64,000 bases of DNA from an uncultured delta proteobacterium (lineage in GTDB: Bacteria > Desulfobacterota > Syntrophia > Syntrophales > Smithellaceae). Positions 27,844 through 38,597 of the stretch are shown in pieces. Below the pieces are notes generated by a model. That model did not search any database and was not told the DNA's origin. It worked only from the letters and a program-made list of their open reading frames with translations. Within the stretch, counting starts at the first letter, position 1, and every line of letters begins with the position of its first letter. The position numbers and the translations under genes are program-made. The DNA lies in assembly GCA_963753975.1 (NCBI GenBank), contig CAVWEH010000005.1, forward strand, positions 56,938-120,937, read 5' to 3'.

Positions 27844-29205
27844 TTAAGGTTTTGGAAAATCCTTGATCGCGTTCAGCGCCCGCTGGATCTCTTCATCGGG
27901 CAATTCATAAGCTTGTAACTTACCCGATAAATAGGCATCATAGGCGGCAAGATCAACCAAACCATGACCGCTCCAATTAAAGAGGATTACCTTTTCCTTC
28001 CCTTCTTGTTTGGCGCGCTGAGCTTCATCTACAACTGCCGCCAGAACATGGTTAGTCTCCGGCGCGGGGATAAATCCTTCTGAGCGCGCCCATTTAACAC
28101 CGGCGTCAAAAGTTTTCATCTGGTCATAAGCTCTTGGCTCAACCAGCTTTTCCATGATCAGATGACTGACGATCGGCGCCATACCGTGGTAGCGCAATCC
28201 ACCGGCATGAATCGGCGCGGGAATATAATCATGACCTAACGTATGCATGGGCAGCAACGGCGTAGTTTTTGCCAAGTCCCCAAAGTCATAAGCAAACGGT
28301 CCTTTCGTCATAGTCGGGCAGGATGTTGGTTCTGCTCCTACTACTTTTATATTTTTACCGTGAATTTTATCGCAAACAAAAGGCAGGGCAAGACCGGCAA
28401 AGTTGCTGCCGCCGCCGCAACACCCCATAACCACATCGGGATATACGCCGATTTTCTGTAATTGTTTTTGCGCCTCCAAACCATTTACTGTCTGATAGAG
28501 CAGAACATGGTTTAAAACACTGCCCAATCCGTAACGCGCGTTTTGACCGGTCACGGCATCTTCAATTGCTTCGCTGATGGCGATTCCCAGAGAGCCGGGA
28601 GAATCGGGATGCTCCGCCAAAACATTTCTGCCCGCTTGCGTTAAATTACTGGGGCTGGGAATACATTCGGCTCCCCAAGTGTTCATCATTATGCGCCGAT
28701 AAGGTTTTTGATCATAACTGATCTTGACCATATAAACGCGGCATTCCAGACCAAACATTTGGGTAGCCATGGCCAATGCGCTGCCCCATTGTCCGGCGCC
28801 GGTTTCCGTAACCATTCTTTTTGTTCCAGCAACCTTATTATAATAGGCCATGGGAACGGCGGCGTTGGGTTTATGTGAACCTGCGGGGCTGACGCCTTCA
28901 TGTTTGTAATAAATTTTAACAGGGCAGCCGAGCAGTTTTTCAAAATTATAAGCCCGGTAAAGAGGCGATGGACGCCAGAGCAAATACTTTTGCAATACTT
29001 CTTCGGGAATTTTTATCCAACGCTTGCTGGAAGCTTCCTGCTCAATAATGTTCATCGGGAAAATTGCCGCCAGATCACCGGGAGTTACCGGTTGTAGGGT
29101 GCCGGGGTGCAAAGGCGGTTTCATCGGTGTAGGCAAATCCGCTACGATGTTATACCACTTTTTGGGTATTTCACGATCTTGCAGTAATACTTTTACCTGT
29201 TCCAT
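27844..29205 (-). CDS. trpB2: TrpB-like pyridoxal-phosphate enzyme (tryptophan synthase beta, TrpB2 type)
   Basis: It is 453 aa with the TrpB2-type N-terminal extension (IPKKWYNIVADLP). The motifs are GSHKPN, TETGAGQWG and CCGGGSNFAG. Confidence 0.9.
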   Translation of the reverse strand: MEQVKVLLQDREIPKKWYNIVADLPTPMKPPLHPGTLQPVTPGDLAAIFPMNIIEQEASSKRWIKIPEEVLQKYLLWRPSPLYRAYNFEKLLGCPVKIYYKHEGVSPAGSHKPNAAVPMAYYNKVAGTKRMVTETGAGQWGSALAMATQMFGLECRVYMVKISYDQKPYRRIMMNTWGAECIPSPSNLTQAGRNVLAEHPDSPGSLGIAISEAIEDAVTGQNARYGLGSVLNHVLLYQTVNGLEAQKQLQKIGVYPDVVMGCCGGGSNFAGLALPFVCDKIHGKNIKVVGAEPTSCPTMTKGPFAYDFGDLAKTTPLLPMHTLGHDYIPAPIHAGGLRYHGMAPIVSHLIMEKLVEPRAYDQMKTFDAGVKWARSEGFIPAPETNHVLAAVVDEAQRAKQEGKEKVILFNWSGHGLVDLAAYDAYLSGKLQAYELPDEEIQRALNAIKDFPKP

Positions 29206-29242
29206 AATTATTCTCCTTCCAATAATTGTTTGACAATGCGCC

Positions 29243-29282
29243 TAAAAAAAATGCCATGGAATGTTCTTCTTCCCATGGCATT
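29243..29282 (-). terminator. attenuator terminator upstream of trpB2
   Basis: On the minus strand, AATGCCATGGGAA pairs with TTCCATGGCATT (one bulged G), followed by TTTTTTT. It lies 38 nt before the trpB2 ATG. Confidence 0.75.
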
Positions 29283-29343
29283 GCCATCACTTTTTGGAAT
29301 CATGGGAAGGAGCTTCCCTGCCCACACTCCTTTTTGTCCGAGG

Positions 29344-29406
29344 CTATGGGCAGACATTGTCCAAAGTCTGCCACCACCAGTTATTGTTGGAAATATTCAT
29401 CAGCAT
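29344..29406 (-). CDS. Trp-rich leader peptide upstream of trpB2 (three tandem Trp codons)
   Basis: On the minus strand, ATG CTG ATG AAT ATT TCC AAC AAT AAC TGG TGG TGG CAG ACT TTG GAC AAT GTC TGC CCA TAG encodes M(LM)NISNNNWWWQTLDNVCP. It shares the 15-mer AATAACTGGTGGTGG with the trpE leader. Confidence 0.7.
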   Translation of the reverse strand: MLMNISNNNWWWQTLDNVCP

Positions 29407-29507
29407 TTTTTCAACTCAAACTTACCCTTTAAAGTGCAATTTGCCTAACACAACGAATAAATGATTGTCAAGTCGAAAATTTAATATAAAAAGACAAGAA
29501 GTATATT

Positions 29508-30083
29508 TCATTGATTTTCAGTCTGATTATGCAATGCAAGTTCAAGAAGGTTTACACCTCGATACATTTGTTTCCGAAGGGCATTGTTCATCGATATGCA
29601 CTCGATAAAATTCTTCCTCAAGACCCCGTCATCAAGGCGCCTCTCATCTGCTACCGGCAGCAAGGGGAAATACGCTATAAAAATCTCCGCAAATATTCCC
29701 GTCCCGTTCATCGCGTGTATCGTATTTTCATTATATATTTTAACCTGGCTAACTCCACAACTGGGAGAATCGCTTTTAAAAATAAATCCGCAAAGTGCTT
29801 GCTTCTTAAGCTGAGTAACGTGCTTTCTCGTCCATGCCACCATGCGTTTGGTCATATCCTGCTTCGTGTCGGTCGTAACTAACCGGGGGAAAGCAGGATC
29901 GCCTTCCAAATGCATCGATTCTCGCGGCACGCCAAGACCGCATTCGACCTCGGGGCAGACCGAAACATATTCTATATATCTGCCCCATGTATCCCTGAGA
30001 AAATGGTCGAGCTTGTGCCCCCCATCATAGCGCACATTTTCGCCAAGCAAGCATGAGCTTATGCCTAACTTTATTTTTTCCAT
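29508..30083 (-). CDS. DUF523 family protein (2-thiouracil desulfurase-like), possibly lacking most of a C-terminal DUF1722 part
   Basis: MEKIKLGISSCLLGENVRYDGGHK is the DUF523 signature. The tail ...RKNFIECI resembles only the start of DUF1722. Confidence 0.65.
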   Translation of the reverse strand: MEKIKLGISSCLLGENVRYDGGHKLDHFLRDTWGRYIEYVSVCPEVECGLGVPRESMHLEGDPAFPRLVTTDTKQDMTKRMVAWTRKHVTQLKKQALCGFIFKSDSPSCGVSQVKIYNENTIHAMNGTGIFAEIFIAYFPLLPVADERRLDDGVLRKNFIECISMNNALRKQMYRGVNLLELALHNQTENQ

Positions 30084-30241
30084 TTCATTGTTCCGAGTTA
30101 CCGCTAACTACATGCAGATAAAGATTGCAGACTGGCTCGGTCAGCCCTGAACATCCGTCAACGGCAGACTTAACTTATACATTCGATCAATGACGGGTAT
30201 TTTATCTGTTCGAAAGTTTATCCGCTTTATTCATTATCTCA

Positions 30242-31435
30242 TTAAGCGAAAAAATCTTTATCGCGGCGATACCAATAATCGGGAATAAGGCGATACATAA
30301 TCCTGGACATAGGCCCAATATATTCTCGCGTTCTTTTGTCATACTGGCAGGCCTTAATGATCATATCTTTTATATTGTTTTTGTTGCCCACTTCATTAAA
30401 TATCCGGTACGCAGAGGAAAAAAGCGGACTGTACATGTTTTTCTTTTCTAAATATTTATAAACGTTCCTTACCGTATTGGGACCTTCCGGCATACCGTCA
30501 ATTCTTTCCAATACGCGCAAATTAGTTTCAATGGGATTGCCTGTATAAAGTTCATAAAAATATTTGCCATAGCGGTAATTTTTGCTGGCCATGGATGACA
30601 TAGTCACGTACAAGTCTCCCACACCTGCCTGGCTGTGGAAAGCCTGAAAATGTCCGCCCAAAATACGAGACAAAGAACGAATTTCCACGCCGGCACGGGC
30701 AAATATGGTGCCCGGAATAGAATCACCCAGTTCCATGGAATCAGCCATTCCCTTAATATTGGCCACGATATTTTTCAGTGCTCCGCAAGCTTCCACGCCG
30801 ACAACATCAAAGTTATAATAGGTATTTAGTTCTTTTCGATTAAACTTAAGCAAATCTTCCCGGACAATATTTGCTATTCGCCTTTTACCGGCTACAGTAA
30901 GACAAACGGGATTTCCCAAAGCTATATCCACGTCAAAAAACGGCCCGCCAATACATACTACCTGATACTTATGCTTCACTTTATAGAGGTTATTGTCGAT
31001 TAGTTGTGAAGGTGTAATCAGTTCCTTGAAGATCTCATCGGAGATCAAACCCTTTATTGGAGATATAAGACACGTATCACCAGCTTTTTTATCAATTAGT
31101 GGTTTAAGGTAATTAATGAATTCCGGCAGACGATTCATTGTTATTGCTAAAATAATGAAATCATTATTTTCAACTACATATTCCAAATCATTTGTGGCAT
31201 AAACTTTTGGTGATAGACGTGGAATATTTTCCATCCGCCCCAGGCGATTCGCTAAATCTTTCGTCAAATGAATGGGATTTAAATGATCCCTGTTGATTGC
31301 CTTGCAGACTTCCGAATCATGGTAATATATGGTTACGCGCTTTTTATCGCGTCCCAGTTTATAAGCAAAAGAAGTGCCCAGGCGACCAGGTCCGATAATA
31401 GCCACCTTTGTTGTATCAAAATTAGAAATCATCAT
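30242..31435 (-). CDS. NAD(P)-dependent glycerol-3-phosphate dehydrogenase-like protein (long GpsA-like form)
   Basis: It has the Rossmann motif KVAIIGPGRLGTSFA and a central region GALKNIVA typical of GpsA. The gene is AT-rich. Confidence 0.6.
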   Translation of the reverse strand: MMISNFDTTKVAIIGPGRLGTSFAYKLGRDKKRVTIYYHDSEVCKAINRDHLNPIHLTKDLANRLGRMENIPRLSPKVYATNDLEYVVENNDFIILAITMNRLPEFINYLKPLIDKKAGDTCLISPIKGLISDEIFKELITPSQLIDNNLYKVKHKYQVVCIGGPFFDVDIALGNPVCLTVAGKRRIANIVREDLLKFNRKELNTYYNFDVVGVEACGALKNIVANIKGMADSMELGDSIPGTIFARAGVEIRSLSRILGGHFQAFHSQAGVGDLYVTMSSMASKNYRYGKYFYELYTGNPIETNLRVLERIDGMPEGPNTVRNVYKYLEKKNMYSPLFSSAYRIFNEVGNKNNIKDMIIKACQYDKRTREYIGPMSRIMYRLIPDYWYRRDKDFFA

Positions 31436-31590
31436 TAATTTTACCCTTTATCACAATTTTGAGTTATTATAGGAAATAATATTCAACTGTCAAACTATAA
31501 TAGCTTCTTCCAAAAGCGGTTAGATTTATCAATAATTCATTTTTTAGTTGCATTATCATAAAGGATTGTTTAAAAAAAGCTTTGTCTTCA

Positions 31591-31640
31591 TACGCTTCGT
31601 CCAGCATGCCCAAGCGTTGCTTTCGGAATCGGAGTTTTAC
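31591..31640. repeat. partial, degenerate family-1 repeat module
   Basis: TACGCTTCG...GCTTTCGGAATCGGAGTTTTAC resembles GCTTCGCTTTCGGAATTGGAGTTTCAC at 19886-19912. Confidence 0.45.
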
Positions 31641-31721
31641 TATAAGCGATCCGCTGATGATTCGTTCAATATTTTAAATTGCTTCGGAAATCTTTAACTA
31701 TGCAGTTGAGATTACATTTTT

Positions 31722-32387
31722 ATGTCCAAATCTGACGTTGCTCTAGAAGAAAAAAATTTGTTTTTCCCCAATGGATCTATAAAAGAAAGAAAATTCCTGC
31801 AGGAAGGCAAATTGGAAGGGGAATATACTTCCTACTTCAACAATGGTCAAATAATGGCGCAATTGCACTTTATCCGTGGCAAGAAAAACGGAGCCGCGAT
31901 TACATATTACCATAACGGTCAAGTGAGAGAAAAAGTAAATTTCGCCAATGACAAAATGGACGGACCCTACATTTCTTATTACGAAAACGGCAACATCAGG
32001 GAAGAGGAAAATTACGGGGAAGGTAAGCTGGATGGCCAATATGAAATTTATTACAAAACCGGCCAGTTAAAAGAAGTAGAAAATTTTAAAAATGGCAAAT
32101 TTAACGGAGAATATATCTGCTATTATAAAAGCGGACAAATTAAGGAAAAAGGATATTTTATAAACGACAAACGCGAAGGTGAATACATAGCTTATTTCAA
32201 AAACGGGCAGATAAGGGAACAGGCTACTTACAAAAATGGAAATCTTGCAGGTAAATTTTTGTCTTTCACTGAAAATCTTTCCAGCGAACCGGGCAAAGGT
32301 AGCGACGCTTCCGACGATATTCGAGATGAAAAAGATATTGCCGCTTTGCTTCAAGATTTAGCCGGTTTCGATAAAAAAGAAAAGTGA
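31722..32387 (+). CDS. MORN-repeat variant protein (YwqK-like)
   Basis: About seven tandem repeats of YxNGQ(I/V)xExxxFxNGKxxG are present. Confidence 0.75.
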   Translation: MSKSDVALEEKNLFFPNGSIKERKFLQEGKLEGEYTSYFNNGQIMAQLHFIRGKKNGAAITYYHNGQVREKVNFANDKMDGPYISYYENGNIREEENYGEGKLDGQYEIYYKTGQLKEVENFKNGKFNGEYICYYKSGQIKEKGYFINDKREGEYIAYFKNGQIREQATYKNGNLAGKFLSFTENLSSEPGKGSDASDDIRDEKDIAALLQDLAGFDKKEK

Positions 32388-32417
32388 CCATGCTTGTGTT
32401 ATAGAGAAAAAAATATC

Positions 32418-33257
32418 ATGATAAAGAAAATTCTTATTCCTACCGATGGCTCCACCAATAGCCTCACGACTTTGGAATATGGAATTTATGTCGCCCGTAA
32501 ACTCAACGCCTCTTTAATCGGTCTTTACGTTTTGGATGTGAATTTGATCCAGGGCCCGATGCTTACCGATATTTTCGGTTCTGTCGGAATGCCGCCTTAC
32601 GACGGTTTTTTCGATGCAGTGGAAATATCTCTTAACGAAAAAGCGGACTTTATTTTAAAAGCTTTCCGCGAGCGCTGTCAGGAATCAGGAATTAATGCTG
32701 AAGTAAAAAAACCAATCGGTAAAATCAATCAAATAATTATCGAAGAATCTCAAGGTGTCGATTTAATTCTGATGACGAAAGAAGGTGAACACTTCCACTT
32801 AAAGGAAGGCGGACTTCTTGGTTCAATAGCCGAAGCCGTTGTCCGCAATTCAGGGAACCCGGTGCTGATCACTCCCGAAACTTTCTTGGAAATAGAAAGT
32901 ATGGGACTTGCTTACGACGGCAGCGTTCCGGCCGCAAAAGCTTTAAAACTTTCTTTGGAATTATCCGAACAAGCTTCCTGGCCGCTGACAGTTGTGACTA
33001 TCAACGAGGATGCTGATAAGGCCGATAAGCTTTGTACCGAAGCAGAGGAGCTTATCGGAAAATACAGTGCTGATTGCGAAATTATTATTATGCAGGGCAA
33101 AGAAGGAGAAGAAATAATTAAGTTTATAAAAGAAGGATCAGTGGAATTAATGGTCATGGGAGCTTATGGTCATAATCGTCTGCGCGAATTATTCTTGGGC
33201 AGTACGACTACTCATATCATCCGCAAAAGCCCTATTCCTGTTTTACTCACGCACTAA
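32418..33257 (+). CDS. universal stress protein, tandem Usp domains
   Basis: It has MIKKILIPTDGS, a second half ending ELMVMGAYGHNRLRELFLGSTT and PVLLT. Confidence 0.8.
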   Translation: MIKKILIPTDGSTNSLTTLEYGIYVARKLNASLIGLYVLDVNLIQGPMLTDIFGSVGMPPYDGFFDAVEISLNEKADFILKAFRERCQESGINAEVKKPIGKINQIIIEESQGVDLILMTKEGEHFHLKEGGLLGSIAEAVVRNSGNPVLITPETFLEIESMGLAYDGSVPAAKALKLSLELSEQASWPLTVVTINEDADKADKLCTEAEELIGKYSADCEIIIMQGKEGEEIIKFIKEGSVELMVMGAYGHNRLRELFLGSTTTHIIRKSPIPVLLTH

Positions 33258-33271
33258 TTGTATTCTTTACT

Positions 33272-34036
33272 CTAAAGCTCTTTATCGAGAACCATTTGTT
33301 GCAATGTGTCCAGCAAATCGTATCTGGTCAAATCGTATTGAATCGGTGTAATCGTGATAAAGCCGGAAGCCAAGGCTGCAACATCTGTATCTTCATTTCG
33401 TGCCTTGGGTGAATATTCCCCGGAAATCCAGTAATAAGTATTTTCTCTTGGATCCACCCGTTTTTCAAAAGTTTCGACAATATTGTTTTTGTTTTGCCGG
33501 ACAACTACGACCCCTTTGATTTTCTCGCGGGGAAGGCAGGGGATATTAACATTAATCGCACTTCCTTTAAGTTCCGGACTGCCCAAGATTAACCGGGTCA
33601 TCTTGCGGGCAAACTTGGCGGCATAGGTAAAATCAGCTTCCTTATGAGTATCGAGGGAAATAGCCATTGAGGGAACGCCCATGATTACCGCTTCAGTTGC
33701 CGCCGATACTGTTCCCGAATAAAGGACATTGATCCCTGCATTAGAGCCCCGATTGATGCCCGACACAACCATGTCCACCGGCTTTTGGGCTAACTCTTTG
33801 ATGCCTATTTTGACACAATCCGCCGGCGTCCCATAAACAGCATAACCTAAAAATTTTCCGTTTTTTGTGGCGCGGCGCACCATCAGGGGACGAAAAATAG
33901 TAATAGCATGCCCTACGGCACTCTGTTCGATTTCCGGGGCAACAATCAAACAATCCGCCTCCCGGGAAAGCTCGTCATAAAGAGAGCTTAAGCCTTTGGC
34001 ATATATTCCGTCATCATTAGTAAGTAAGAATCGCAT
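33272..34036 (-). CDS. surE: 5'/3'-nucleotidase SurE
   Basis: The motifs are MRFLLTNDDGI, SGINRGSNAG and YSGTVSAA. Confidence 0.9.
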   Translation of the reverse strand: MRFLLTNDDGIYAKGLSSLYDELSREADCLIVAPEIEQSAVGHAITIFRPLMVRRATKNGKFLGYAVYGTPADCVKIGIKELAQKPVDMVVSGINRGSNAGINVLYSGTVSAATEAVIMGVPSMAISLDTHKEADFTYAAKFARKMTRLILGSPELKGSAINVNIPCLPREKIKGVVVVRQNKNNIVETFEKRVDPRENTYYWISGEYSPKARNEDTDVAALASGFITITPIQYDLTRYDLLDTLQQMVLDKEL

Positions 34037-34091
34037 TCCCCCCAACTTTATATCTTTCGGTCTTCGGTCTTCAGCCTATCCACCTAAATCG

Positions 34092-35357
34092 CTATTTTAC
34101 CTGCTCCAATTTTCCGTTATTAACTCTTAATATAAAAGGAGTCTTTTGAGCAACTCTATCCGGACCAAAAGATATATTTCCCGTTGCGCCCTTATAATTT
34201 TCCACTTTTATTAAGGCATTGATGAATTCTTGACGCGTTTGAATGTCTTCATTTTCCAAGACATTAAAGATTATTCCGGCCGTATCATACGCTAACGCCT
34301 CGATACTTTCCGGATCACGGCTATAAGCCGTGTAATAAGCGTCGACAAAGTCGTTTGTTTCCGGATAAAAGCTATTAACAAAAAAACTGTCGACAAAAAC
34401 AGCTCCTTCCAGATAATCCGAATTATTTTTTAACAAATACGGCGAATTCCACAAGCTGGTGCCCAGAAGCTTAATGCCTTTCACATCATAAAAAGCAAGC
34501 TGAGAAGTTATCATCCTGACTCGCCGATACGAATCGGGAATAAATAAAGCTTCAAAATCAAGGGCTAATGGAGTTTTTACTTCCGGTTTTTTAGAAGACA
34601 TTTTCTTTGCAGTGCTGATAAGATTGCCGGTGACTTTATCAATTTGTTCCGTAAAATCCGTCTGACTTTTGTTGTAAGGTATTGCCCTTTCCACTTTACC
34701 CCCCTCACGCACTGCTTCCGCACGGAAAATTTTCACCATTTCCTCTCCATAGTCGTCCTTCGGATATAAAATAGAAAATATTGCGCAATTCAAATCATCC
34801 AGGGCATATTTAACTATAGCCCTGATTTGTTGGGTAGGCGTCAAGAAGTGCTGGAAGACATATTCGCTTGAGGAGGTAATTCCTTCTTTGGAGGTTATCA
34901 GGACTATTGGAACTTCCCACTTATTAGCTTCACGGGCAGCTTCGATAGCATCCTCTGTTCCAGTGACGGCAACAATCGCCATAACATTTTCAGTATTGGC
35001 CAAATGTTCTACGGCCGCTCTTGCTCCCTCCGGCAAACCGCGGGAATCTTCCGCAACAACCCTCCACAAAGTGCTCTTTCCCCCATCAAACATACCCGCA
35101 GATAATAAAATTGCATCCAGTGCTTTGCTTCCTAAATCAGCATACGGGCCGGATAGAGGCAGCACACACCCTAAGGTATAGCGATTATATCCGACCACCG
35201 GAGGTTTCACTGGGGGAAGTATGGCTTCCGGCGGTTTTACTTCCGTAGGCGGGCTCGGAGCAGGTTCCTGAACAATAATTCTTGGCTGGGCGCAGCAGGC
35301 GATAAAAAAAACTAGCAGCAAAATAAATATTTTGACCAAAATCCGATAATTTTTCAT
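34092..35357 (-). CDS. periplasmic-binding-protein type 1 lipoprotein (Leu/Ile/Val-binding-like, Peripla_BP_6)
   Basis: It has a lipobox FFIACCAQ and a Pro-rich linker. The overall pattern is that of the branched-chain amino-acid binding fold. The function call is tentative. Confidence 0.6.
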   Translation of the reverse strand: MKNYRILVKIFILLLVFFIACCAQPRIIVQEPAPSPPTEVKPPEAILPPVKPPVVGYNRYTLGCVLPLSGPYADLGSKALDAILLSAGMFDGGKSTLWRVVAEDSRGLPEGARAAVEHLANTENVMAIVAVTGTEDAIEAAREANKWEVPIVLITSKEGITSSSEYVFQHFLTPTQQIRAIVKYALDDLNCAIFSILYPKDDYGEEMVKIFRAEAVREGGKVERAIPYNKSQTDFTEQIDKVTGNLISTAKKMSSKKPEVKTPLALDFEALFIPDSYRRVRMITSQLAFYDVKGIKLLGTSLWNSPYLLKNNSDYLEGAVFVDSFFVNSFYPETNDFVDAYYTAYSRDPESIEALAYDTAGIIFNVLENEDIQTRQEFINALIKVENYKGATGNISFGPDRVAQKTPFILRVNNGKLEQVK

Positions 35358-35953
35358 TTTGCCTCCTTCATAATTGTCAGCATATAATCACGGGCGCGTT
35401 TGGCCAACTCAGGATTGTCTAATAAAATCGATATTTCATTATTATACTTCATCGCCGCTTGTGTAAGGTTATGGCTACCCAGAAGAACCAGCCGCTGATC
35501 GATCACGATTAGTTTTGTATGCGTCGTTTTGTATGGTGAATCGAAATAGACCTTCACCGCTTTCTCTTCCAGAAGTTTCCCCGTCTCTCTGTTTTGAATA
35601 TTCAGTTCATCCGAGAGGCTGCCTGTCGTTTCTAAAATGACGGTAACCTTTACGCCTCTTTTCGTCGCTTTGGCCAAATGCCCCAGGACACGATCGGGAT
35701 AACTGTTTTTGTGCACACCGACTTTAAAAGAAAATATCGACATGAAGATTTCGCTTTGCGCTTCGTCAATGGCCTTTAACAACGCCGGGAAATAAGCTTC
35801 ATTGGTCAGAAGAATCGCCTGGCATCCGGGCTGATCAGAAGAAATTGTATTAAGCTTTTCTCCGGCAAATGCTGACGATAATGACGCAATTACAAAAATT
35901 AAGCCGCAGAGCACAACAACAATATTTTTCTTGCCTGAATCAAAGCTGCTCAT
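35354..35953 (-). CDS. secreted phospholipase D-family protein (single HKD motif, Nuc-like)
   Basis: It has a signal/TM segment and the HxK(x)4D motif HTKLIVIDQRLVLLGSHNLT. Confidence 0.75.
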   Translation of the reverse strand: MSSFDSGKKNIVVVLCGLIFVIASLSSAFAGEKLNTISSDQPGCQAILLTNEAYFPALLKAIDEAQSEIFMSIFSFKVGVHKNSYPDRVLGHLAKATKRGVKVTVILETTGSLSDELNIQNRETGKLLEEKAVKVYFDSPYKTTHTKLIVIDQRLVLLGSHNLTQAAMKYNNEISILLDNPELAKRARDYMLTIMKEAK

Positions 35954-36004
35954 AGTTCCTCTAACTTATATTATTGTATAATATTTCTTTGTATTGGTCG
36001 ATAT

Positions 36005-36042
36005 AAAAAAGCCCGAAACTGGAATCCAGTTTCGGGCTTTTT
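36005..36042 (-). terminator. intrinsic (bidirectional) terminator after dnaK
   Basis: AGCCCGAAACTGG / CCAGTTTCGGGCT forms a 13-bp stem flanked by an A-run and a T-run. Confidence 0.8.
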
Positions 36043-36056
36043 ACTTCAATTCTTCG

Positions 36057-37979
36057 CTATTTTACTTCCTCAAAGTCGGCATCTACTACATCATCATCCT
36101 TTTTCCCCGACGCCTGCTGCCCACCGCTTTGCTGCTCTGTCCCGGCACCGGCAGTAGGACCACCTTGACCACCGGAGGTTTTTGCATACATGGCTTCCGC
36201 CAATTTGTGCGAGACATTCATCAAGTCGTCCTGAGCTTTTTTGATGGCTTCAACATTTTCGCCTTCCAAAGCTTTTTTCGCCTTGCTTATTGCTTCTTCG
36301 ATTTTTGCTTTTTCGCCCGCATCTACTTTATCGCCAAATTCCTTAATATTTTTTTCCACGCTGTAAATCATGGAATCGGCCTGATTTCTCGCTTCAATTA
36401 ATTCCTTGCGACGCTTGTCTTCTTCGGCGTGCTGTTCCGCGTCACGCACTAATTTCTGAATTTCTGCTTCACTCAAACCGCTGGAAGCGGTGATTTTGAT
36501 GCTCTGTTCTTTACCGGTACCCAGATCTTTTGCGTTAACATGCACGATACCGTTGGCATCAATATCAAAAGTAACTTCAATTTGAGGTATGCCGCGCGGC
36601 GCCGGTGGTATACCCACCAATTCAAAACGCCCCAAAGTTCTGTTATCAGGCGCCATCTGACGTTCACCCTGAAGCACGTGAATGCTCACCGCCGGCTGAT
36701 TATCGGCAGCTGTCGAAAAAATCTGGCTTTTCTTGCTGGGAATAGTAGTGTTTTTCTCGATAAGCCTGGTCATAACCCCGCCCAGAGTCTCTATACCCAG
36801 AGAAAGCGGAGTAACATCAAGCAGCAATACATCTTTCACATCACCCGCCAAAACTCCGCCCTGAATTGCTGCGCCGACAGCCACAACTTCGTCCGGATTC
36901 ACGCCTTTGTGCGGTTCCTTGCCGAAAATTTCTTTTACCCTCTGTTGAACCCGCGGCATTCTGGTCATTCCACCAACCAAAATAACTTCGTCAATATCTT
37001 TGGTTGATAGATTGGCGTCTTTCAGTGCAGTGCGGCAAGGATCAACTACCTTTTCAATCAATTCTCCCACTAAAGATTCCAGCTTAGCTCTGGAGAGCTT
37101 AATATTCATGTGCTTGGGGCCGGATGCATCGGCGGTAACGAACGGCAGATTGATATCGGTTTCCATCGTAGTGGAAAGTTCCATCTTCGCCTTTTCCGCC
37201 GCTTCTTTGAGCCGTTGCAGCGCCATTTTATCGTTCCTCAAATCAATGCCTTGATCTTTTTTAAATTCTGCGACCAGAAAATCCATTACGCGCTGGTCGA
37301 AATCTTCACCGCCCAAATGCGTATCGCCGTTGGTAGACTTAACCTCAAAGACGCCATCGCCCAATTCCAAAATAGATATATCAAAAGTGCCGCCGCCTAA
37401 ATCAAAGACGGCAATCTTTTCCTCCTTCTTCTTGTCCAAACCATAAGCAAGAGCGGCTGCTGTAGGTTCATTGATGATACGTAATACATTCAGTCCGGCA
37501 ATCTTGCCGGCGTCTTTTGTCGCCTGACGTTGTGAATCGTTAAAATATGCCGGAACGGTAATAACAGCATCCGTTACTTTTTCTCCCAGATAATCCTCCG
37601 CAGTTTGTTTCATCTTCGTCAAAATCATCGCGGATATTTCGGCCGGAGAATAGTTCTTTTTCCTTATTGTAACTTGGGCATCACCGTTCGAAGCTTCCGT
37701 TATCTTGTAAGGAATAATCTTGATATCATACTGAACTTCTTTGGAATTGTATTTTCTACCGATAAGCCTTTTGACGGCGTAGACAGTATTTTCCGAATTC
37801 GTTATGGCCTGCCTTTTCGCCACCTGCCCTACTAACCTTTCGCCGGTTTCCGTTATGGCAACAACGGACGGCGTGGTGCGATTGCCTTCTTGATTGGCGA
37901 TAACGACAGGGTCTCCCCCTTCCATTATGGCTACGCAAGAATTTGTTGTCCCTAAATCAATTCCGATAATTTTTGCCAT
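36057..37979 (-). CDS. dnaK: molecular chaperone DnaK (Hsp70)
   Basis: The motifs are [29 protein letters not shown] and the C-terminal EEVK-type tail. Confidence 0.97.
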   Translation of the reverse strand: MAKIIGIDLGTTNSCVAIMEGGDPVVIANQEGNRTTPSVVAITETGERLVGQVAKRQAITNSENTVYAVKRLIGRKYNSKEVQYDIKIIPYKITEASNGDAQVTIRKKNYSPAEISAMILTKMKQTAEDYLGEKVTDAVITVPAYFNDSQRQATKDAGKIAGLNVLRIINEPTAAALAYGLDKKKEEKIAVFDLGGGTFDISILELGDGVFEVKSTNGDTHLGGEDFDQRVMDFLVAEFKKDQGIDLRNDKMALQRLKEAAEKAKMELSTTMETDINLPFVTADASGPKHMNIKLSRAKLESLVGELIEKVVDPCRTALKDANLSTKDIDEVILVGGMTRMPRVQQRVKEIFGKEPHKGVNPDEVVAVGAAIQGGVLAGDVKDVLLLDVTPLSLGIETLGGVMTRLIEKNTTIPSKKSQIFSTAADNQPAVSIHVLQGERQMAPDNRTLGRFELVGIPPAPRGIPQIEVTFDIDANGIVHVNAKDLGTGKEQSIKITASSGLSEAEIQKLVRDAEQHAEEDKRRKELIEARNQADSMIYSVEKNIKEFGDKVDAGEKAKIEEAISKAKKALEGENVEAIKKAQDDLMNVSHKLAEAMYAKTSGGQGGPTAGAGTEQQSGGQQASGKKDDDVVDADFEEVK

Positions 37980-37990
37980 TTTTTTCCTCC

Positions 37991-38572
37991 TTATTCTCCA
38001 TTGTCTGCTATTTTTTCACATGTCTCATTTTCTTTATTTGTCTTTTTACATACACAAACTTTTGACGGCCTTAAAAGTCTGCCATTGAGCAAATAACCTT
38101 TTGCTATTTCATTAACTATTTTATTTTCTTCATGCTCGTCGCTATGAATCTGCATCATTGCTTCATGAAAGTTGGGGTCGAAATCAGCTCCTGAACTTTC
38201 AATTCTCTCCACGCCGTGCTTTTTGAGACAGCACAAAAGCTGTTCCTGAATTAATTTGATACCATCCTTAAATGCTTCAACATCGGAGCCGCCGGTATGT
38301 TCCATTGCCCTGTCTAAGCTGTCCAAAAAAGGCAAAATATCTCTAATGATCTCTTCGTTGCCATACTTGATTGTATCAGCCTTTTCTTTAGCCGCCCTTT
38401 TTTTGTAATTATCCAATTCCGCAGTTGCACGCAGGTACTTATCATAATTGGCCGCGGCTTCTTTTTCCTTATCTTCTAATTTCGCTTTTAGATCATTTAT
38501 TTCCGAGTGCTCTCCTCCGGCAATAACTTCGTCCGGAGGATGTTTAGCAATGTGTTCTTTTTTTGTTTTCAC
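37991..38572 (-). CDS. grpE: nucleotide exchange factor GrpE
   Basis: It has [18 protein letters not shown] and [14 protein letters not shown]. It lies immediately upstream of dnaK. Confidence 0.9.
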   Translation of the reverse strand: MKTKKEHIAKHPPDEVIAGGEHSEINDLKAKLEDKEKEAAANYDKYLRATAELDNYKKRAAKEKADTIKYGNEEIIRDILPFLDSLDRAMEHTGGSDVEAFKDGIKLIQEQLLCCLKKHGVERIESSGADFDPNFHEAMMQIHSDEHEENKIVNEIAKGYLLNGRLLRPSKVCVCKKTNKENETCEKIADNGE

Positions 38573-38597
38573 CTTAACCTCAAAAATAATTTTCTCA

